This document shows positions 57,962 to 64,000 of a stretch of 64,000 nt of DNA, piece after piece. Each line of letters starts with the position of its first letter. The stretch's first letter is position 1. This DNA comes from Sulfurimonadaceae bacterium (lineage in GTDB: Bacteria > Campylobacterota > Campylobacteria > Campylobacterales > Sulfurimonadaceae): contig JBFFUI010000003.1 of the NCBI GenBank assembly GCA_041571435.1, forward strand, positions 1-64,000. Direction: 5' to 3'. The notes under the pieces were generated by a model. It saw only the letters and a program-made list of their open reading frames with translations, was not told the DNA's origin and did no database searches. Made by a program: the position numbers and the translations under genes.

Positions 57962-59276
57962 CCTCGTCTCCTAAGAGCGGCAGACTCTTTTTTGGTTTCA
58001 GTCCCAGTTTTTTCATCGACTCCACCCGATTAAGCAGATTGCCCCGCCCCGTACTGAGTTTGTTCAATGCGCTCTCATAACTCTCCTGCGTCTTGCCGAT
58101 CTGCGTTCCGATCTTTTTGAGGTCGTCAACGAACATGACAAATTTGTCATAGAGGTTTTCAGCCTGTCTCGCGATCTCCTGGGCGTTCTGTTCCTGACGT
58201 TCACTGCGCCAGATATGCTCGATGGTCCGCAGCGTCACCAAAAGTGTCGAGGGGCTGACGATCATGATGTTCTTTTCGTATGCCCTGCTGAAGAAGCTGC
58301 CGTCTTGTTCCAGCGCCAGCAGAAAAGCACCCTCTATCGGCATGAAGAGCAGGATGAAGTCAAGCGTATGCACCCCTTCGAGGTTCTCGTACTTTTTATC
58401 GGAAAGCCCTTTAATGTGGGCATTGATCGAGGCGAGGTGCTGTTTGAGCGCCCGCTCTTTCTCTTCGGGACTCTCGGCACTCATAAAACGTTCGTAGGCG
58501 ACCAGCGAGACCTTGGAGTCGATGACAAGGTCTTTTTGCTGCGGCAGATGGATGATCACATCCGGACGAAGCGTATTGCCCTCTTCGCCTTTGAAACTCC
58601 CCTGTGTCTCATACTCCATCCCTTTACGCAAGCCCGACTCTTCCAAAATGCGTTCCAGGACGATCTCGCCCCAGTTCCCCTGTGTCTTGTTCTCACCCTT
58701 GAGCGCACTGGTAAGGTTCTTGGCATCTTGTGTGATCTGTTCGTTGAGTTCACGCAGTCGCGAAAGCTCTTTGTGCAAGACGGCGCGCTCCGAGTTCTCT
58801 TTGACGAAGCGCTCTTCCGTCTGTTTCGAGAAGCTGGTGATCTGTTCACGGAACGGTTTCAGCAGCAGATGCAGACGCTCCTGCGAGCTCTCTTCAAAAC
58901 GCTTTGTCTTGGACTCGAATATCTCGTTGGCAAGATGGTTGAACTGCTGCTTGAGCGTCTCTTTCGCTTCATCAAGCAGTTTGATCTTTTCGTTGTTCGC
59001 CGAAGTGGCATCCTCATGACGGGTGTGCAAGACGGCGTAGTCCCGCTCAAGCGCATTGCGCTCCTCATTCAGTGATCCCAACTGCGTATTCAGGTTCGCT
59101 ATTTCATCGTTTTTATGAAGAAGCTCTTCGTCAAGTCCTGCTATCTTCTCATCGCGCTCCGACAACAGCAGTTCATACTGTTTCGTTCTTAGGTAGTAAC
59201 GGACATAGAGGACCGTAAAGAGTACTGCAGCTGCCGCTGTGATCGAAAGTAAAATGTACACAAAATTGATTGGCAT
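57951..59276 (-). CDS. rmuC: DNA recombination protein RmuC
   Basis: QGNWGE..LE..LE.SGL, RPD....LP, IDSKVSL, DF.LLF.PIE, SPSTL..TL. Confidence 0.95.
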   Translation of the reverse strand: MPINFVYILLSITAAAAVLFTVLYVRYYLRTKQYELLLSERDEKIAGLDEELLHKNDEIANLNTQLGSLNEERNALERDYAVLHTRHEDATSANNEKIKLLDEAKETLKQQFNHLANEIFESKTKRFEESSQERLHLLLKPFREQITSFSKQTEERFVKENSERAVLHKELSRLRELNEQITQDAKNLTSALKGENKTQGNWGEIVLERILEESGLRKGMEYETQGSFKGEEGNTLRPDVIIHLPQQKDLVIDSKVSLVAYERFMSAESPEEKERALKQHLASINAHIKGLSDKKYENLEGVHTLDFILLFMPIEGAFLLALEQDGSFFSRAYEKNIMIVSPSTLLVTLRTIEHIWRSERQEQNAQEIARQAENLYDKFVMFVDDLKKIGTQIGKTQESYESALNKLSTGRGNLLNRVESMKKLGLKPKKSLPLLGDEDES

Positions 59277-59379
59277 AATGTTCCTTATGATGTTCTATAT
59301 TATAGCAACCCTAGTAGATAAACCGCATAAATATTGCATCTTCTCGCATTATTGCTATTATTTCGCTATAATTCCATTA

Positions 59380-59625
59380 CTTAAACTTTTGAGCCTTTTT
59401 TAAGGATAATCCTTAACGCAAAAGTATGGGGTAACGCTGCAAGATGCAAAGACCCTCTAGAGAGCCCAGGTGGGCCAACTCCTAAAAGTTTAAAAAACAA
59501 CTGGACATCTTTTAAACTAAATTTCTATGATCGGTAATCCAAGATAATATTTATTTACACAAGGGCATCTTTAAACACCCCTGGCTTTACAACCGGATGC
59601 TTAAAGATTCCCTTAGATGTTCTAC
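59380..59625 (+). ncRNA. long structured 5' leader of the DEAD-box helicase gene (candidate cis-regulatory RNA)
   Basis: TATAAT at 59367; TAAACTTTT/AAAAGTTTA encloses TTAAGGA/TCCTTAA and GCCCA/TGGGC hairpins; GGACATCT/AGATGTTC encloses AAGGG.ATCTTTAA/TTAAAGAT.CCCTT. Confidence 0.45.
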
Positions 59626-59640
59626 GCACAAAGAGAATAC

Positions 59641-61173
59641 ATGAGTAACAACACAACAGAAAAAACAATCGCAGAAGAGCTGCCTATGGAAGAGACATTC
59701 GAACAATTCGGACTTAAAAAAGAGATCATGCGTGCGATCGGTTATGCCGGCTTCAAGTCACCCAGCCCTATTCAGAAGATGGCGATCCCCGTCGTTCTTG
59801 AAGGCCGTGACGTTGTCGCACAGGCACAGACAGGTACCGGTAAAACAGCTGCATTCGGTCTGCCGACACTGAACAACATGACAGGCAAGGATGGTGTCGA
59901 AGCACTGATCATCACACCGACACGTGAACTTGCCAACCAGGTCAGTGACGAACTCTACAAATACGGCAAACAGCTTGGAATTCGCACTGTTACTGTTTAC
60001 GGCGGCAGCTCGTACGGTCGCCAGATTGGTCTTATTGAACGCGGTGCACAGGTTGTTATCGCAACACCGGGCCGTCTGAAAGACATCCTTGCCCGCGAAA
60101 TGATCAAAGACTTCGCTCCGTCAACTGTTATCCTCGATGAAGCGGATGAGATGCTTGACATGGGATTCCTCGATGACATCAACGAGATCTTCTCATACCT
60201 TCCGAGCGACCGTCAGACACTACTCTTCTCGGCAACGATGCCGCCTCCGATCAAGAAACTTGCAGAGCGCATTTTGGTCAACCCTGAATTCATCACGATC
60301 ACACGCGACGAGACGACCAACGTCGACATCGAACAGAAGTACTATGTTATCGACGAGAATGAGCGCGATGATGCTATTATCCGTCTTCTTGACGCGGAAG
60401 ATGCATCGAAATGCGTCGTCTTCTGTCGTACCAAAAAAGAGGTCGACCGTGTGGCTGACGTCCTTATGGGTGTCGGCTACAGTGCCAAAGGTCTTCACGG
60501 AGACATGGAACAGCGTCAGCGTGAAGCCGTTATCAAAGGGCTTAAGACAGGTCAGTATGACATCCTTGTCGCAACTGATGTTGCCGCTCGCGGTATCCAC
60601 ATCGACGACGTAAGCCACGTCTTTAACTACCACATCCCGTTTGACTCGGAGTCGTATGTACACCGTATCGGTCGTACGGGCCGTGCAGGTCAGAAGGGTA
60701 TGGCGATCACACTGCTTACACCGCGCGAGTTCAAAGAACTTCAGCGTATCAAAGCCAAGGTCGGTACGACGATGGAGCACGCCTACGTTCCGTCGAAGTC
60801 ATCGATTAAGAAAGCAAACTTCTCTTCGATTGTCGAGTCGATCGAGAAGCACAAGATCTTTGATGAAGCGCACGAGATCCTTGACGTACTTCGTCAAGAT
60901 ATAGACGACGAGCAGATCATCTATAAGCTTGTCTCGATGATCATCGATCGTCAAGAGGTCAAAGGACCCAATGAGATCGGTATCAACCCTGAACGCCTTG
61001 AGAAGATCCTGAAAAGCCTAGAACGCGGCGGGCGTGAAGGTGGCGGAAACCGCGGTCGCGGCGGCTATCGCGGCAACCGTAACCGCAGCGGCGGTGGCGG
61101 CGGCGGATATCGTGGCAACCGTGACCGCAACAGCGGCGGCGGTGGGTACCGCGGCAACCGTAACAGAGACTAA
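59641..61173 (+). CDS. DEAD-box RNA helicase with RGG-rich tail
   Basis: Q motif (PSPIQ), AQTGTGKT, PTRELA, TPGR, DEAD, SAT, ARG, HRIGRTGR; repeated GGYRGNR tail. Confidence 0.96.
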   Translation: MSNNTTEKTIAEELPMEETFEQFGLKKEIMRAIGYAGFKSPSPIQKMAIPVVLEGRDVVAQAQTGTGKTAAFGLPTLNNMTGKDGVEALIITPTRELANQVSDELYKYGKQLGIRTVTVYGGSSYGRQIGLIERGAQVVIATPGRLKDILAREMIKDFAPSTVILDEADEMLDMGFLDDINEIFSYLPSDRQTLLFSATMPPPIKKLAERILVNPEFITITRDETTNVDIEQKYYVIDENERDDAIIRLLDAEDASKCVVFCRTKKEVDRVADVLMGVGYSAKGLHGDMEQRQREAVIKGLKTGQYDILVATDVAARGIHIDDVSHVFNYHIPFDSESYVHRIGRTGRAGQKGMAITLLTPREFKELQRIKAKVGTTMEHAYVPSKSSIKKANFSSIVESIEKHKIFDEAHEILDVLRQDIDDEQIIYKLVSMIIDRQEVKGPNEIGINPERLEKILKSLERGGREGGGNRGRGGYRGNRNRSGGGGGGYRGNRDRNSGGGGYRGNRNRD

Positions 61174-61189
61174 TTCTCACCTTTTTTTT

Positions 61190-61207
61190 GAGAGAGTTCC
61201 TCTCTCA
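61190..61207. terminator. hairpin after helicase gene
   Basis: GAGAGAG-TTC-CTCTCTC with flanking T-rich sequence. Confidence 0.5.
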
Positions 61208-61490
61208 CTCTCATTTTCTTATTCAACACAATTGACAAAACACTTATTGATATAAATCTACAGATCACTGGTTGGCTCTTTTCATGGCATCTGCAGCGTT
61301 CGCTAGAACTCTTTTGGTCGCGTTATAAAGACCATTCTGTTTAGCGTAACGAGTTTGGGATTTTTAGTGGTATAAGAGATGGAAGTGAAGTGCCCGATGG
61401 TGATCGGGCTCTAAGTCGTCATGATCGCTTTTTTTCGTTTCTACGGTGAAAAAAGGAAAGAGAGAAGTAAATAACGCTTAATACAGAAGA

Positions 61491-62180
61491 CTAAGCAACG
61501 GTCGCATAGGCTTTTTGCAGTGCGCCATAAAGCACTTTAGGTGTCAAAGAGGCGTTCTCTTCCCAAAGCTCCTGCATTACGATATTGTCCTCTTTGCCAT
61601 TCCATTCTTTGATATACGTTCCCTCTTTGTAGCCGTGATCCTGACGGAACTGGTTAAGAATGTTCTTGCCGACATAAAGACGGTAGAGGTCTTGCAGATT
61701 AAGCTTGCACATATAGGCCAGCTCGAAGAAATCTTCAAAAAGCTTGGCACTGTCAAACTTCTCGCGGTTGACCGTATTGCAGATAATGTCTTCGACCTTG
61801 TCCATAATCGTATGCGGCTCGGCAAACTGAAGATTCCCGTTCTTTTCAAGCGTTATATAGCCCGGCATCTGTGATGTCGTCATCGCCAAGTCTTCGATGG
61901 TGCCGCGGAAGTTTTGCGAATAGTCTTCGAGACCAAGACTCATGATGAAGTGCCATACATCGACCACTTCGATCTGAAGGTTGTCCCAGTCAGGTTCCTG
62001 GTTGATTGCTTTCCAGTGCTTCCAGGCAAACGAGTCCACCATCTCACAGCACTCCATGTAGATACAGCGTTTCCAGTTGATGACCTTGCCGTTTTTCGTA
62101 TGTCCGGCCTCCCAGCCTTCGCCGTTCGTCGCATCGTTCAACTCCTGCTGCAGAAGCAACATCTCCAAGACTTTTTCCAT
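61491..62180 (-). CDS. dut: dimeric (all-alpha) dUTP diphosphatase
   Basis: MECCEMVDS..WKHWK, IEVVDVWHF, Y.GKN.LN.FRQ.HGYK.G.Y.K.W.G.EDN (Campylobacter-type); AGGAG RBS before 62180. Confidence 0.9.
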   Translation of the reverse strand: MEKVLEMLLLQQELNDATNGEGWEAGHTKNGKVINWKRCIYMECCEMVDSFAWKHWKAINQEPDWDNLQIEVVDVWHFIMSLGLEDYSQNFRGTIEDLAMTTSQMPGYITLEKNGNLQFAEPHTIMDKVEDIICNTVNREKFDSAKLFEDFFELAYMCKLNLQDLYRLYVGKNILNQFRQDHGYKEGTYIKEWNGKEDNIVMQELWEENASLTPKVLYGALQKAYATVA

Positions 62181-62252
62181 AAACACTCCTATCGAATTAT
62201 GCTGTTCTTTAGACAAGAGAAGTCTTCTCTTTTACAAAAACAGCTCATCATT

Positions 62253-62687
62253 TTACTCTAACTCTCCACCATTTTCCCTTTGCCAATGGAGCTTTTTACC
62301 AAACCCCAAACGGTTGTCTGTCAGCTTGATATCTTCGAGCTCGATAGCCCATAACTGCGGGTTCATCACCTTGGCAAAAGGGTACGCCTTAAAATAGAGA
62401 TGTCCCTCTTTTTGCGAGATCGCCTTCATCGTCGCTCTAAACTGAATTCCTTCGATCTTACCGACCTCATCCGTCTCCAGGGCGACCGTCCCCGAAACAG
62501 TTTTGTTGTCCAGAACATTCTTAATATGCTCTGTTTTTGTATCCGAAGCGACGACAAAAGTGACCTTCTCGGCGTCATAAGCATAAAAGAGACTGGCTGA
62601 CTGCGGCACATTGTCGGCCGAAGTAGCCAAAGAGAGCAGATGGTGTTTAGCAAGAAAAACGTTGATCTTCTCAAGCGTATCTGGCAT
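62253..62687 (-). CDS. pyridoxamine 5'-phosphate oxidase-like (YhbP-like) protein
   Basis: FL..HHLLSLAT, FYA, T.H, V.GT, I.GIQF, IKLTDN.LGFGKK..W. Confidence 0.8.
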   Translation of the reverse strand: MPDTLEKINVFLAKHHLLSLATSADNVPQSASLFYAYDAEKVTFVVASDTKTEHIKNVLDNKTVSGTVALETDEVGKIEGIQFRATMKAISQKEGHLYFKAYPFAKVMNPQLWAIELEDIKLTDNRLGFGKKLHWQRENGGELE

Positions 62688-63570
62688 CGATCATCTCTTT
62701 GTATTTGGCAATGGCATCCGCATTGTTCATTCCCCGGTAGTTTGGCGGCAGCACATCCATCCCGCCGTAGGCACCCAGTACCGCGCCGACGATCATCCCC
62801 CGTGCGGCCGAATCACCGCCGGCAAGCACATTGGCCTCCATCGCTTCCTGGAAATCACTGAAACGTACAAGCAGATAGATCACCGCTGCAAAACCGCCGT
62901 CAACACTGCAGGACTGTCCCAGTGTTTTAATCGCTTCGATGCTCTCTGTCTCAGCCTTCGCAACCCCTTCCCGGACCCATTTTTGGATTTTGTCCGAATA
63001 GGCTAGGGCGATCTCTTCAATCGCCCGCCCTATCTCCGCACCCATACTGACGGCTAGGATCAGCTCGTTAAAGTAGGCCGCACTCTCGACAAGCTCTTTC
63101 GTCATGTGGGTAAAAACGGTGTGCAGTTTGACATACTCCATCATCTTGTCCATGTCGTTATGGTAGGCGTAGATAAGCGGTATCATGCGTCCGACGACAC
63201 TCAGGTCACGCGAACCGGAACCACAGGCCAACGAGTTTTTGCCTTCTGCCAATGCTGCTATCGTATGTTTGGATGCCCCGTCGACATAGCCCTCATACGT
63301 CTCCATCTTGGTCTTCCATTTCATGGAGAAGCCGTGTACAGTGAACTCATCTTCTGCGATCGCTTCTAAAAGCCAAAGCATCTGGTCACCGTAATGCGTA
63401 AAGTCACCGGCGCCCTTACCTTTATGGTAATCCGTCAGCGGGTCATTAAAACGCTTGGTATCAAACTCCGATTTTGAGATCTGGTGTGTGTCGTAGAGCC
63501 AGTGCGCGCCCAGGGCGTAAGCATCCGCGTAAAAAGCACCCCACAGTGCCGCTTCAAGTCTGTTTTTCAT
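62671..63570 (-). CDS. ADP-ribosylglycohydrolase family protein
   Basis: G...ADA..LG.HW.YD, GDFTHYGDQ, TH, N..AGGDSAARG...GA.LGA. Confidence 0.88.
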   Translation of the reverse strand: MKNRLEAALWGAFYADAYALGAHWLYDTHQISKSEFDTKRFNDPLTDYHKGKGAGDFTHYGDQMLWLLEAIAEDEFTVHGFSMKWKTKMETYEGYVDGASKHTIAALAEGKNSLACGSGSRDLSVVGRMIPLIYAYHNDMDKMMEYVKLHTVFTHMTKELVESAAYFNELILAVSMGAEIGRAIEEIALAYSDKIQKWVREGVAKAETESIEAIKTLGQSCSVDGGFAAVIYLLVRFSDFQEAMEANVLAGGDSAARGMIVGAVLGAYGGMDVLPPNYRGMNNADAIAKYKEMIDARYA

Positions 63571-64000
63571 CCAAAAACTCCTCTATAAGTTCCAGCATCT
63601 CCTCAACCGCCTTCGTTGCCGGACTTTGTAAAAAATGTTCAAAATAGTCGTCGATATGTGTGTCAAAACGCCCGAAAGCGGTCACATGTTCTTCGCGCTT
63701 CGGGTTGATCAGAATAGAGCGGCTGAACTCCTGTACCAAGGGGACGATGTCGATCACCTGTCCGCTCGTCCCGATGGCGATGAACATGTCACTGGCATCG
63801 ACTGCTTCATAGATATGCCGGTAGGCCGGTGCACTCTCGCCGAACATCACGACATTGTGACGAACGTTGTATTCGCCGCAATGGGGACACTGTTCATCCT
63901 CTTTTTGGCAACAGTAACCGACATGAAAGGTCTGTTGACAACTCTCGCACCGAAGATCGATCAGGGTCCCGTGCAGATGAAGCACCTCTGTTGAGCCTGC
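63554..64000 (-). CDS. Sir2 family NAD-dependent deacylase (partial, runs off window end)
   Basis: VLHLHG, CESC/CPHC zinc ribbon, RHNVVMFGE, IGTSG, INP. Confidence 0.88.
   Translation of the reverse strand, partial: AGSTEVLHLHGTLIDLRCESCQQTFHVGYCCQKEDEQCPHCGEYNVRHNVVMFGESAPAYRHIYEAVDASDMFIAIGTSGQVIDIVPLVQEFSRSILINPKREEHVTAFGRFDTHIDDYFEHFLQSPATKAVEEMLELIEEFLDEKQT

Noticed and set aside
61020-61170. Repeated CGCGGCAACCGT / GGCGGC units
   Set aside because: They encode the GGYRGNR tail of the helicase; not CRISPR or a non-coding repeat.
63554-64000. Sir2 as an anti-phage NADase
   Set aside because: Zn-ribbon CobB-like deacylase features, no C-terminal extension, housekeeping context.

Overview
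A 64 kb chromosomal window from a free-living Campylobacterota (epsilonproteobacterium, Sulfurimonas/Sulfurovum-like by gene content; this assignment is inference). It is mostly housekeeping: an ABC-F ATPase (partial), pta-ackA, pepP, an Mla/MCE operon, lpxH-argC-greA, groES-groEL, surE-tcdA, feoAB, rmuC, a DEAD-box helicase and a dimeric dUTPase. Accessory blocks are: tandem PAS-GGDEF cyclases; a CBS/USP/NfeD-stomatin/Mut7-C/Lon-like stress cluster; an orphan periplasmic binding protein coupled to a HAMP-GGDEF-EAL protein; a membrane class III nucleotide cyclase; a CAT-anticodon tRNA followed by an AT-rich islet, bounded by 10-bp direct repeats, carrying a divergent NadE; a transglutaminase-7TM/ATP-grasp/TPR operon in which the transglutaminase triad appears intact; and an array of three paralogous beta-barrel proteins with a shared C-terminal IDxSL tail plus two related exported proteins, bracketed by a response regulator and a sensor kinase. 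Two long structured intergenic RNA candidates (after groEL and before the DEAD-box gene), an unlisted 59-aa ORF and two gene remnants were found by reading the DNA. No CRISPR array, rRNA, intact integrase or transposase was seen. All family calls are by motif recognition, not database search.
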